Origin: Dehalococcoidia bacterium
GTDB taxonomy: Bacteria; Chloroflexota; Dehalococcoidia; Lucifugimonadales; Australimonadaceae
Length of the DNA: 64,000 nucleotides
Reading direction: 5' to 3'
NCBI GenBank assembly: GCA_965247635.1
Contig: CBDFHJ010000010.1
Span: 773,918 to 837,917, forward strand
Position numbers and translations under genes: made by a program. Below are positions 35,297-44,632 of this stretch, one piece after another (the stretch's first letter is position 1; each line of letters starts with the position of its first letter). The notes under the pieces were generated by a model that did not search any database, was not told where the DNA came from, and worked only from the letters and a program-made list of their open reading frames with translations.

Positions 35297-36664
35297 GAGG
35301 TATCTTCAAAAAGTGTGTAAACAGTCAGGCGGTGTACCCTCTCTCTGAACAACACGGGCTCGAGGCCCAAGAGAGGAGATAGACCGCCCATGAGGAAGGA
35401 AAGCACTGAGAGTAGGTCGGAGTCAAGGCCGGAGTGGGAGCAGTTGGAGGATTGGGTGCGAAGCCAGGTCCAGAGGCTGATCCAGGAGTTGCCGGAGGAG
35501 GAGGTGACGGCGTTTCTGGGAAGGGCGAAGTCGGCGCTCAGATCCGACTCGGACAACGATACCGGCTATCGGAACGGATACGGCAGAGCCCGGAGGCTTA
35601 CGCTGAGTTCGGGAACGATACAGCTGAGGCGGCCGCGAGTCCGCGATACCGAGGAGCGGTTCGAGAGCCGGCTGCTGCCGCTGTTCGTCAACAGGACCAG
35701 GAAGGTTGCTGAGTTGATCCCCGAGCTGTACCTGCACGGTCTATCCGAAGGCGACTTCGATCTGGCTTTGCGGGGGCTGCTGGGAGAGGACGCACCGGTA
35801 TCGGCGAGCACGGTGGCCCGGTTGAAGTCCAAGTGGAACGATGAGCTTGCCCAATGGCGCAGCCGGCCCCTAGATGACCTGGAAGTGGTCTACATGTGGG
35901 TGGATGGAGTCTACGTCAAGGCTGGTCTTGAGAAGGAGAAGGCGGCAGTACTGGTGGTGGTGGCGGCCCTGAGCGACGGGAGCAAGGTGGTGGTGAGCGC
36001 TGTTCCCGGATACAGGGAGTCCACAGAGAACTGGTCCGATGTGCTCAGGGACATGAGGCGCCGCGGGCTGGAGTGCCCGAGGCTGGTGGTTGGGGACGGA
36101 CACCTGGGCATCTGGGGAGCTCTGCGCAACGTCTATCCGCAGGCGGCAGAGCAACGCTGCTGGAACCACAAGATCGTAAACGTGCTCGCCAAGCTTCCAA
36201 AGCGACAACAGGACCAGGCCAAGCTCATGCTGCGTACTATCCCCTACGCGCCGACTCGGACAGAGGCTGAGCGGCTCAGGACGGTGTTCACCAGGTGGTG
36301 CGGCGACCATTCCTACGAGGCGGCCTCAGAGGCCTTGGAGCGGGACTGGGACCGCATGGTCACCTTCTATGACTTCCCAAAGGAGCACTGGGGGCACCTT
36401 CGCACGACGAACCCGGTAGAATCACCCTTCGCGGCCCTCAGGCTTCGGACCGATGCCGCCAAGCGCTGCAAGAGGGTCGATCGGGCGATAGTGGTGATCT
36501 GGAAAATGTTGATGGTCGCCGAACAGCGCTTCAGGCGTCTGAAGGCCCCTGAGTTGATCGAAGACGTCTATCTCGGTGCACAGTATGCGGATGGAATCGC
36601 CATTGAATCAACGGCTGAGAAGGTCGCCGCCTGATGTCGTTTACACACCCATTGACGTAACCTC
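35297..36664 (+). mobile_element. IS256-family insertion sequence, copy 2 (1368 bp)
   Basis: Same termini as copy 1. The transposases differ at only 3 residues (L/P, Q/R, S/P). Confidence 0.9.
35390..36634 (+). CDS. IS256-family transposase
   Basis: See copy 1. Confidence 0.9.
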   Translation: MRKESTESRSESRPEWEQLEDWVRSQVQRLIQELPEEEVTAFLGRAKSALRSDSDNDTGYRNGYGRARRLTLSSGTIQLRRPRVRDTEERFESRLLPLFVNRTRKVAELIPELYLHGLSEGDFDLALRGLLGEDAPVSASTVARLKSKWNDELAQWRSRPLDDLEVVYMWVDGVYVKAGLEKEKAAVLVVVAALSDGSKVVVSAVPGYRESTENWSDVLRDMRRRGLECPRLVVGDGHLGIWGALRNVYPQAAEQRCWNHKIVNVLAKLPKRQQDQAKLMLRTIPYAPTRTEAERLRTVFTRWCGDHSYEAASEALERDWDRMVTFYDFPKEHWGHLRTTNPVESPFAALRLRTDAAKRCKRVDRAIVVIWKMLMVAEQRFRRLKAPELIEDVYLGAQYADGIAIESTAEKVAA

Positions 36665-36665
36665 C

Positions 36666-38027
36666 GGCAAGGTGCTCCTGCTGGACTTCTGGACCTACTG
36701 CTGCATCAACTGCATGCACATCATCCCGCACCTGCGCCGTCTGGAGCGGCACTTCCCGGAGGAGCTGGCGGTGGTGGGCGTGCACTCCGCCAAGTTCGAT
36801 CAGGAGCGGTCCACGGAGAACATTCGCCAGGCCATCATGCGCTACGGCGTCAGCCATCCCGTCGTCAACGACGCCGACATGCGCGTCTGGCAGGCATACG
36901 GCGTCCGCGCCTGGCCCACGCTGATGTTCGTCGGTCCCCAGGGCAAGGTCATCGGCAAGGTGGAGGGTGAGCTGACCTACGAGCAGGGCGTTCAGATTAT
37001 CGGCGACATGGTCCAGGAGTTCCGCGCGGCGGGCTTGCTCCAGCCAGCGCCGCCCATCACCACCACGGAGCAGCCTCCGGCATCTGTGCTGAGCTTCCCC
37101 GGCAAGGTGCTGGCCGACGGCGGAGTGGATGGCCTGGGAGCGCGGCTCTTCATCGCCGACTCGGGCCACCATCGGGTCCTGGTGGCCGGCCTAGATGGGC
37201 GTATCTCCATGGTTATCGGGAGCGGTAATGAGGGATTCGCCGACGGCTCGCTGGAGGGCGCCCAGTTCAACCGGCCGCAGGGCATGGCGCTGAGGGGCGA
37301 CACGCTCTACGTGGCCGACACGGAGAACCACGCGGTCCGGCGGGTGGACCTCAGGCAGGGAGTCGTGGAGACTATCGCGGGCACGGGGCAGCAGGGCAGA
37401 GGGCCAGGCGCGGGAGGTGAGGCCACGCGCGTTGACCTCAGGTCGCCCTGGGATGTGGTAGTGGTGGGCGACAAGCTGCACATCGCCATGGCCGGCAACC
37501 ATCAGCTCTGGCCCTCGGTGGGAAGCGGGGCGGAGAACATCATAGACGGGCCGTTGACATCGGCGGCCCTGGCCCAGCCCAGCGGCATCGTGGAGGAGCA
37601 CGGCGTCCTCTACTTCGCCGATAGCGAGACCAGTGCTGTTCGCACTGCCGACCTGACGGGGAGCGGCCGGGTGAGCACGCTGGTTGGCCGGGGGCTGTTC
37701 GACTTCGGTGACCGAGACGGCGACGGGAGCGGAGCGCGGTTTCAGCACCCGCTGGGCGTGGACGTGCGTGATGGAGTGGTGTACGTGGCCGATACCTACA
37801 ACAGCAAGGTGAAGCGGGTAGGCGCGCGGACTCGTTGGGTTGAGACGGTGGCCGGTACCGGCAGCCCCGGGCTGTTGGACGGACCCCTAAGCGAGGCGCA
37901 GTTCTACGAGCCCGGCGGAGTCAGCCTGCTCGGCGAGCGGCTCTTCGTAGCGGACACGAACAACCACGCGCTCCGGGTGGTGGACCTGGCCCAAGGCGTG
38001 GTGAGCACGCTGCCAGTGGATTTTTAG
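36666..38027 (+). pseudogene. thioredoxin-fold (redoxin) + NHL-repeat protein, 5'-truncated by the IS
   Basis: (GK)VLLLDFWTYCCINCMH..VVGVHSAKF followed by NHL blades (YVADT.NH.VRRVD, FADSETSAVR, YVADTYNSKVKRV, FVADTNNHALRVVD). The track start at 36576 lies inside the IS. Confidence 0.85.
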
Positions 38028-38104
38028 GCGAGGGGGAGCCTTTCAGAACCGCTCCTCGGGGCGCTGGCTGCGTCCTTCCTGCCCGGTGCTACAATCCTCT
38101 GGCA

Positions 38105-39449
38105 ATGAGGTTCTCCTTTTTCTTGGTGGCGGTGGTCTTCCTGGGGACCGCTTGCGCCACCGGTTCCCTACCTACTCCGACCTTTGACCTTCAGGCAACT
38201 GCGTCGGGAGGAGCTACCGCCCCGATAGGGCTGGTGCCTACTCCCACCTCATCTCCGATTCCCACTCCCACCCTTGAGCCTCCCCCTTCACCCACCCCAA
38301 CCCTTGAACCCACCCCCACCCTGACTCCGACCGCGCTTCCGACTCCCACGCCCACACTGACCGCATACGGACTGGATATGGTCTCACCGACCGCCATCAC
38401 GTTTCTCAACAAGGCGCTGCTCCGTCGGGACTTGGGAGACGTGGACTTGCTCAATGACCTAGACCTGAGCCGGGACTACACGGAACAGTGTCTGCTGGGT
38501 TACCGCACGGCATGGAGGATCGTGCATGACGACTTCGAGATTGAGCAATCTGTCGTTCCCACGCTGTACCTGACAAGCTCTCACGACACGATTCGAACCG
38601 CGATTGGCCGCGATATAGAGCATCCGGCCCCATTCCGCACTATTGGGCACGAGACCGCCCACTTGGCTCTCAGGCTACCCATCTCCTGGATTAGTGAAGG
38701 CGTCGCCGAGTACGTGGGGCATGCGACTAGTGATCAGGTGGACCCCACCCCAGACTATCTAGGCCGCCTCTACGATGCGTTGTCTGTGCGGAGGGCGGCA
38801 TCGGTTTCTGGGGCTTACACAATTGAAGGCCTCTTGAATTGGGATTGGGGGGCAGCCACCTCGGGCGAGGCCGCGTTGTTCTACGCTCAGTCGTGGTGGT
38901 TTACTGATTATCTGGTCGGTACCTTCGGCAAACAGGACATGCGTGGCTTTATCACGGTGCTGGGGCATAGCGGACTTTGACACTGCCTTCCTGGAGTCCT
39001 TCGGTATCGACGCTGGGGTAGTCCTGGAGAACTTTCTGGTCGGCGCGCTCGATGGGTCTGGAGCGGGAGGGCCTATCGGCAACTCGCTGTTTGAGATTGC
39101 TGAACTCACTACCGAGCACTCAACGTTGGTGGCGGAGTGTAACGCGTTGATAGCCGCGCCTGGCTCTGGTATCCCTAAACGGGCCGAGTGGCAGTGCTTG
39201 AGCGAGCGATATGTCGGCCTGAGCCAGCGAATGGCGACATTGGAGGTAAAGGCGCAAGTCCTTACTGCGCGCACCAGCTACGCTGTCGCATTTATTTGGT
39301 TCTCGGAAGCAGCCGAGTTCTACTCAAGTACTAGTGCGAATGCGGTGGCTTTAGGCAATGCGGCCTTGGCGGGAGGAAATACCGTGATGGGGGAGGGTAA
39401 TGACCTGCTGAACGGCCTCGCGGGCCTGTACCTTTGGACCACGAGCTAG
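38105..39449 (+). pseudogene. secreted HExxH (MA-clan-like) lipoprotein, frame broken near 38955-38980
   Basis: Signal peptide plus LGTAC lipobox, a PT-rich linker, and IGHETAHLAL. Track ORFs 38105-38980 and 38943-39449 join as ..FITVLG(..)DFDTAFLESFGID with a 1-nt change. Confidence 0.5.
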
Positions 39450-39501
39450 CTTGGCCTCTCGCTTGACGCTCCACCAGGCGCAACCTATACTCGTAGATAG
39501 T

Positions 39502-39526
39502 ACGGCCTGGGGCCGTCCTTTTTTGT
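39502..39526 (+). terminator. Rho-independent terminator
   Basis: ACGGCC-TGG-GGCCGT followed by CCTTTTTTGTG. Confidence 0.7.
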
Positions 39527-39538
39527 GTTGGGACGCCT

Positions 39539-39610
39539 GCCCGAGTAGCTCAACGGCGGAGCAGCCGATTTGTAATCGGCAGGCTGGGGGTTCGATTCCC
39601 TCCTCGGGCT
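39539..39610 (+). tRNA. tRNA-Thr (anticodon TGT)
   Basis: Cloverleaf read by hand: acceptor GCCCGAG/CTCGGGC, D arm GCTC..GAGC, anticodon arm GCCGA-TTTGTAA-TCGGC, T arm GGGGG-TTCGATT-CCCTC. No CCA is encoded. Confidence 0.85.
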
Positions 39611-39699
39611 CCGCTGCCCATGGCGGGAGCGGCCCCGTGGTCGGGCTGACAGGATTGGCGGGCCCCTAGTGGTGTGCTACACTACTTCGGGTCTTACCA

Positions 39700-39787
39700 G
39701 GAGGGGTGGGTGAGTGGTTTAAGCCACCTGACTGTAAATCAGGCGCCCTGACGGGCTTCGGGGGTTCGAATCCCTCCCCCTCCACCA
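39700..39787 (+). tRNA. tRNA-Tyr (anticodon GTA), long variable arm, CCA encoded
   Basis: Acceptor GGAGGGG/CCCCTCC, anticodon loop CTGTAAA, long extra arm, TTCGAATCC T loop, and a 3' ACCA. Confidence 0.85.
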
Positions 39788-39835
39788 GGAATCGGGGAGG
39801 CTCCGCGGTGGTGCGGAGGCGGTGCAGGAGCGCGA

Positions 39836-39911
39836 GCCCACATAGCTCAGGTGGCAGAGCACGTTCTTGGTAAGAACGAGGTCATCGGTTCGAGTCCGAT
39901 TGTGGGCTCCA
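39836..39911 (+). tRNA. tRNA-Thr (anticodon GGT), CCA encoded
   Basis: Acceptor GCCCACA/TGTGGGC, D arm GCTCAGGTGGCAGAGC, anticodon arm CGTTC-TTGGTAA-GAACG, T arm ATCGG-TTCGAGT-CCGAT. Confidence 0.9.
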
Positions 39912-39960
39912 GAATAACGATACGCAGGAAGGTCAAGACAAACCCGGGAGGACCAGGCAG

Positions 39961-41163
39961 ATGGCGAAGCAGAAATTTGAGCGGACCAAGCCGCACGTAA
40001 ACGTGGGCACCATTGGTCACGTCGACCATGGCAAGACAACCCTCACAGCCGCAATCACCAAGGTGCTGGCGCTGAGCGGCGGGGCCAAGTTTCGCGCCTA
40101 CGACACCATCGATAACGCACCGGAGGAGAGGGCGCGTGGCCTTACCATCGCCATCACCCACGTGGAGTACGAGTCGCCCAACCGCCACTACGCCCACGTG
40201 GACTGTCCTGGGCACGCCGACTACATCAAGAACATGATCACCGGTGCCGCCCAGATGGACGGCGCCGTCTTGGTGGTGAGCGCTCCCGACGGCCCCATGC
40301 CCCAGACCCGGGAGCACATCCTTCTGGCCCGCCAGGTGAACGTACCCAAGATCGTGGTGGCGCTGAACAAGGTCGACATGATGGACGACCCCGAGCTGCT
40401 GGACCTTGTGGAACTCGAGGTACGGGATCTACTGAACAAGTACGAATTCCCCGGCGACGATACCCCTATCGTCCGCGTGAGTGCAGTCCAAGCCCTGGAG
40501 TCCGAATCCACGGACCCCAATGCCCCGGAGTACGCGGCCATTCATGAGTTGGTGAAGGTCTTGGATGAGTTCATCCCGATTCCCGACCGGCCCCGTGACT
40601 TGCCCTTCCTGATGCCGGTGGAAGACGTCTTCAGCATCAAGGGCCGTGGCACCGTGGTGACCGGGAGGGTGGAGCGCGGCGTGGTGCACCCAGGCGACGA
40701 CGTGGAGATCGTCGGCCTCGCTGAGGAGTCGCGCAAGACGGTGGTCACGGGCGTGGAGATGTTCCACAAGCTGCTGGACGAAGGCGAGCCCGGCGACGCC
40801 ATCGGCACCTTGCTGCGGGGTGTGGAGCGGGAGGATATAGAGCGTGGCCAGGTGCTGGCCAAGCCTGGCAGCATGAAACCCTTCTCCGAAGCCGCTGCGC
40901 AGGTATATGTGTTGACCAAGGAGGAAGGCGGACGGCACACGCCCTTCTTCCCCGGCTACAAGCCGCAGTTCTACATTCGCACCACCGACGTGACCGGAGA
41001 GATCGTCCTGCCCGAGGGCGTCGAGATGGTCATGCCGGGCGATAACGTGGAGATGCGCATCAAGCTCATTTCGCCGGTGGCGCTGGAAGAGGGGTTGCGG
41101 TTCGCCATCCGGGAAGGTGGCCGGACCGTTGGCTCCGGCGTGGTCACGAACATAACGAGCTAG
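39961..41163 (+). CDS. tuf: elongation factor Tu
   Basis: [33 protein letters not shown] and DCPGHADY. Confidence 0.97.
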   Translation: MAKQKFERTKPHVNVGTIGHVDHGKTTLTAAITKVLALSGGAKFRAYDTIDNAPEERARGLTIAITHVEYESPNRHYAHVDCPGHADYIKNMITGAAQMDGAVLVVSAPDGPMPQTREHILLARQVNVPKIVVALNKVDMMDDPELLDLVELEVRDLLNKYEFPGDDTPIVRVSAVQALESESTDPNAPEYAAIHELVKVLDEFIPIPDRPRDLPFLMPVEDVFSIKGRGTVVTGRVERGVVHPGDDVEIVGLAEESRKTVVTGVEMFHKLLDEGEPGDAIGTLLRGVEREDIERGQVLAKPGSMKPFSEAAAQVYVLTKEEGGRHTPFFPGYKPQFYIRTTDVTGEIVLPEGVEMVMPGDNVEMRIKLISPVALEEGLRFAIREGGRTVGSGVVTNITS

Positions 41164-41169
41164 GAGCTC

Positions 41170-41340
41170 ATGGCCAAGAAGCGCGGCGACGCCCGAGTCC
41201 TGATAAACCTGGCATGCACTGACTGTCGGGAGCGGACGTACCACTCCGAGAAGAACCGAAGGAACGACTCCGGCCGGATGGAGCTTAACAAGTTCTGCCC
41301 CCGGTGCAGAAAACACACGCTGCACAGGGAGGTGCGCTAG
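41170..41340 (+). CDS. rpmG: 50S ribosomal protein L33
   Basis: 56-aa ORF below the track cutoff: MAKKRGDARVLINLACTDCRERTYHSEKNRRNDSGRMELNKFCPRCRKHTLHREVR, with CxxC..CxxC. It sits in the conserved tuf-rpmG-secE position. Confidence 0.85.
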   Translation: MAKKRGDARVLINLACTDCRERTYHSEKNRRNDSGRMELNKFCPRCRKHTLHREVR

Positions 41341-41341
41341 C

Positions 41342-41584
41342 ATGACTTCAACGTCGGGTCGCGGCTCACTGCGCAACGTGATCGACGAGGGCGCTTCTCG
41401 CCCGCGCCGCCGGTTCCAGTTGGTGGGAGAGGTTATCGGTGAGCTGGGCCGCGTAACGTGGCCCAGCCGGTCCGTGGCCGTGCGCCTCACGTTCTTCGTC
41501 ATCGCCATCGCCGTGGCAGTCGGCGCCTTCTTAGCGATATGGGACTCTGGCTTTGGGGAGCTGGCTGAACGCTTCCTTTTCTAA
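41342..41584 (+). CDS. secE: preprotein translocase subunit SecE
   Basis: ELGRVTWPSR motif followed by a single C-terminal TM segment. The position between rpmG and nusG is conserved. Confidence 0.8.
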   Translation: MTSTSGRGSLRNVIDEGASRPRRRFQLVGEVIGELGRVTWPSRSVAVRLTFFVIAIAVAVGAFLAIWDSGFGELAERFLF

Positions 41585-41611
41585 GCCCCTAAGGAACACG
41601 ACGAGGTTTTC

Positions 41612-42229
41612 ATGACAGAACAGACTGTCGCTCAATCCACCACGCGCTGGTACATCATCCACACCTACTCCGGCCAGGAAGACCGGGTTAAGAAGAACCT
41701 GGAGCAGCGGATCGAGTCCATGGACGCCCGGGACAAGATCTTCCAAGTGGTGGTGCCCACGGAAGAGGAGATTGAGATCAAGGACGGCCGCCGCAAGTCG
41801 GTGCAGCGCAAGGTGTTCCCGGGTTACATATTGATCCAGATGATCATGGACGACGATAGCTGGCGGGTAGTGCGCGAGACGCCTGGCGTTACCGGGTTCG
41901 TGTCCGCGGAGGACGAGCGGGAGCGCCGGCCCAAGCCCATACCGCTGGAGGAACGGGAGGTCGAGCAGATCCTCAATCGCATCGAGGTGGCTGAGCCACG
42001 GGTGCGGGTGGCCCTGACGAGGGGCCAGCCGGTGCGTATCACCTCCGGTCCGTTCGCCGACTTCATGGGCGTGGTGGACAACATCGACGAGGACAAAGGG
42101 AAAGTGCGCATCGTCGTATCGTTCTTCGGGCGGGAGACGCCCGTGGAGCCGTGGAGCTCGACTTTCTCCACCTGGAGAAAGTCTAACGAAGGAGACGACC
42201 GTTGGCCAAGCGTGTGCGCGCCATCATGA
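41612..42229 (+). CDS. nusG: transcription termination/antitermination factor NusG (3' end frameshifted by an 8-bp duplication)
   Basis: [19 protein letters not shown], the NGN domain, and [43 protein letters not shown]. Without the duplication the ORF would end [12 protein letters not shown] at 42186. Confidence 0.9.
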   Translation: MTEQTVAQSTTRWYIIHTYSGQEDRVKKNLEQRIESMDARDKIFQVVVPTEEEIEIKDGRRKSVQRKVFPGYILIQMIMDDDSWRVVRETPGVTGFVSAEDERERRPKPIPLEEREVEQILNRIEVAEPRVRVALTRGQPVRITSGPFADFMGVVDNIDEDKGKVRIVVSFFGRETPVEPWSSTFSTWRKSNEGDDRWPSVCAPS

Positions 42230-42630
42230 AGCTGCAGCTGCCAGCGGGCCAGGCCACGCCGGCCCCGCCGGTAGGCCCGGCCTTGGGCCAGCACGGGCTG
42301 AACATCATGCAGTTCATCAAGGAGTACAACGCTCGCACGGCTAACGACGTGGGCACTGCTATCCCCGTGGAAATCACGGTCTTCGAAGATAGGTCTTTTG
42401 CCTTCGTGACGAAGACCCCTCCAGCCCCGGAGTTGATCCGAAAGGCCATCGACATCGAGAAGGGCAGCGGACGCGCGCTCCATGAGAAGGTTGGGACTAT
42501 CGACCGCTCCAAGATCCGTCAGATCGCGGAGACGAAGCTCAAGGACCTCAACGCCTCCTCTGTGGAGAGCGCGATGCGGATCATCGAGGGCACGGCCCGT
42601 AGCATGGGCGTGGAAGTAGTGGAGGGCTAA
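42202..42630 (+). CDS. rplK: 50S ribosomal protein L11
   Basis: [37 protein letters not shown] start with AAGGAG at 42189-42194. Confidence 0.95.
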   Translation: MAKRVRAIMKLQLPAGQATPAPPVGPALGQHGLNIMQFIKEYNARTANDVGTAIPVEITVFEDRSFAFVTKTPPAPELIRKAIDIEKGSGRALHEKVGTIDRSKIRQIAETKLKDLNASSVESAMRIIEGTARSMGVEVVEG

Positions 42631-42632
42631 GC

Positions 42633-43352
42633 ATGGCAGGGGCCAAGCATGGCAAGCGATACGAAGGTGCGGTGGCGTTGCTGGAAGCGGACCGCGAGTA
42701 CGCCCCCAGCGACGCGATCAGCCTGGTCAAGCAGATGGCCGCCGCCAAGTTTGACGAGACGGTGGAGCTGCACCTGCGGACCAGCGCCGACCCCCGTCAC
42801 GCCGATCAGCAGCTGCGGGGTGTGGCCGTGCTCCCCCATGGTCTGGGACGGGCGGTCCGAGTGCTGGTCTTCGCCCAGGCCGACGCCGCCCGTGACGCCC
42901 TGGGGGCAGGCGCGGAACACGTGGGAGCCGACGACCTTGTCCAGCGTATTGAGGGAGGGTGGATAGAGTTCGACGTGGCCATCGCCACACCGGACATGAT
43001 GGGCAGGATAGGACGGCTTGGCCGGCTCCTTGGCCGGCGCGGGCTGATGCCCAACCCCCGTACGGGGACGGTGGTCCAGCCCCAGGACGTGGGCAACGCG
43101 GTGGCGGAGGCCAAAAAGGGACGGGTGGAGTTTCGGATAGACCGCACGGCGATCATCCACTCGCCCATCGGCAAGGTCAGCTTCGACGAGCAGAAGCTGA
43201 TGGAGAACCTGGCTGCGGTGGTGGACGCGATCAACCAGCAAAAGCCCACCGGCATCAAAGGACAGCTGGTGAAGACCGCCTACCTGACCTCCACCATGGG
43301 CCCCAGCGTTCCGTTGGAGCTTGTCAGCACCATGGCGCTGCGGGTAGACTAG
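42633..43352 (+). CDS. rplA: 50S ribosomal protein L1
   Basis: KFDETVELHL.T..DPRHADQQLRG and GRLGR.LGRRGLMPNP..GTV. Confidence 0.95.
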   Translation: MAGAKHGKRYEGAVALLEADREYAPSDAISLVKQMAAAKFDETVELHLRTSADPRHADQQLRGVAVLPHGLGRAVRVLVFAQADAARDALGAGAEHVGADDLVQRIEGGWIEFDVAIATPDMMGRIGRLGRLLGRRGLMPNPRTGTVVQPQDVGNAVAEAKKGRVEFRIDRTAIIHSPIGKVSFDEQKLMENLAAVVDAINQQKPTGIKGQLVKTAYLTSTMGPSVPLELVSTMALRVD

Positions 43353-43512
43353 CGCTTAGAGGATTTAGCTGAGTCGCCACCAGAGACAGCGGGTTCCCCG
43401 ACAAGTCGGGGATTAAACCATCGCCCGCCGAGGTGCGCACCAAGCGTCTGACCAAACCAGACCAGCGTGCCCGCGTCTTTGGAGGCGGGCATTTTGTTAT
43501 TCCGAGGTTGAA
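43353..43512 (+). promoter_or_regulatory. putative rplJ (L10) leader with an attenuator-like hairpin
   Basis: A 160-nt untranslated gap before rplJ. TGCCCGC-N10-GCGGGCA at 43468-43491 is followed by ATTTTGTTATT, 12 nt before the GTG start. The structure was not verified against the L10-leader model. Confidence 0.4.
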
Positions 43513-44538
43513 GTGCCTACCGAAACGAAGCGACGCATCATAGCGGAACTGGCGGACCAGATCGCCCGCGCGACGCTGGCTATCGCCACTGACTTCAGCG
43601 GGCTGGGCGTTAACGAACTGACGGAGCTGCGCCGCCGGCTTCGCGCCCGCTCGGCGGAGTACCGCGTGGTGAAGAACCGGCTGGTAGTGCTCGCCGCGAA
43701 GGAGGCGGGCAAGGACGGCTTCGTCGAGCTCGTGGAGGGCAGTACCGGCATTGTCTTCGGCTACGGGGAGGCGGTTGACGCGGCGAAGGCGCTGGATGAA
43801 TTCATCAGGGCCACCCGGTCGCAGTTGGTGGTGCGCAACGGCATCCTGGACGGCAGTCCCCTCAATAGGGGCCAAATCACTGCCCTGGCCAGCTTGCCGC
43901 CCAAGGAGGAGCTGCTGGCCAGGTTGCTGGGCCAACTCCAGGCGCCTGTAGCCAGATTGGTCAACGTGCTCATCGGGCCGCTTCAGGGCCTTGCGATCGT
44001 GCTGCAACGACGGGCGGAGCAGCTGGACGGGCCTAAGGCCTCCGAGACAGACGAACCTGAGGCCCCCGAGACGGACGAACCTGAGGCCTCCGAGACGGAC
44101 GAACCTAAGGCCTCCGAGACAGACGAACCTAAGGCCTCCGAGACAGACGAACCTGAGGCCCCCGAGACGGACGAACCTGAGGCCCCCGAGACGGACGAAC
44201 CTGAGGCCTCCGAGACAGACGAACCTGAGGCCTCCGAGACAGACGAACCTGAGGCCCCCGAGACGGACGAACCCGAGGCCTCCAAGACAGACGAACCTGA
44301 GGCCCCCGAGACGGACGAACCTGAGGCCTCCGAGACAGACGAACCTGAGGCCTCCGAGACAGACGAACCTGAGGCCCCCGAGACGGACGAACCCGAGGCC
44401 TCCAAGACAGACGAACCTGAGGCCCCCGAGACGGACGAACCTGAGGCCTCCGAGACGGACGAACCTGAGGCCTCCAAGACAGACGAACCTGAGGCTCCTG
44501 AGGAACCTGAAGACCCCGAGAAGGACGGCACAAAATAG
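43513..44538 (+). CDS. rplJ: 50S ribosomal protein L10 with a ~160-aa acidic tandem-repeat C-terminal extension
   Basis: The N-terminal ~170 aa are canonical L10 (..YRVVKNRL..GSTGIVFGY.., L12-binding helix LLARLLGQLQAPVARLVNVL). These are followed by 19 copies of E(T)DEPEA(S/P). Confidence 0.9.
   Translation: MPTETKRRIIAELADQIARATLAIATDFSGLGVNELTELRRRLRARSAEYRVVKNRLVVLAAKEAGKDGFVELVEGSTGIVFGYGEAVDAAKALDEFIRATRSQLVVRNGILDGSPLNRGQITALASLPPKEELLARLLGQLQAPVARLVNVLIGPLQGLAIVLQRRAEQLDGPKASETDEPEAPETDEPEASETDEPKASETDEPKASETDEPEAPETDEPEAPETDEPEASETDEPEASETDEPEAPETDEPEASKTDEPEAPETDEPEASETDEPEASETDEPEAPETDEPEASKTDEPEAPETDEPEASETDEPEASKTDEPEAPEEPEDPEKDGTK
44035..44500 (+). repeat. 24-bp coding tandem repeat (about 19 units) with a 120-bp higher-order period
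   Basis: Unit GCC[TC]CCGAGAC[AG]GACGAACCTGAG. The 5-unit block 44161-44280 is almost exactly repeated at 44281-44400. Confidence 0.95.
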
Positions 44539-44547
44539 CTAGATACC

Positions 44548-44605
44548 GTGCTATCCGTTCGTGCCGAGCTTGTCGTAGCACGATGACGTCCCGACAAGTC
44601 GAGAC
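44548..44605. repeat. dispersed hairpin repeat between rplJ and rplL
   Basis: CGTGCTATCCGTTCGTGCCGAGCTTGTCGTAGCACG..CCCGACAAGTCGAGAC, related to the CGTTCGTGCCG..CTTGTCGAAGCAC family at 9620-9685. Confidence 0.6.
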
Positions 44606-44632
44606 AAAAACTACTGATGCAGGAGGACGACC

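Noticed and set aside
36576-36665. The track start (MHSMRMESPLNQRL..) of the 483-aa thioredoxin-NHL ORF.
   Set aside because: These 30 codons lie inside the right end of the IS256 copy and are a fortuitous in-frame extension. The real coding sequence resumes at 36666.
43983-44597. A regularly spaced 24-bp repeat array, considered as a possible CRISPR array. There is also a Ser/Gly-rich 204-aa ORF on the minus strand.
   Set aside because: The units are contiguous with no unique spacers and lie in frame with rplJ, encoding an acidic peptide repeat. The minus-strand ORF is only the complement of that repeat.
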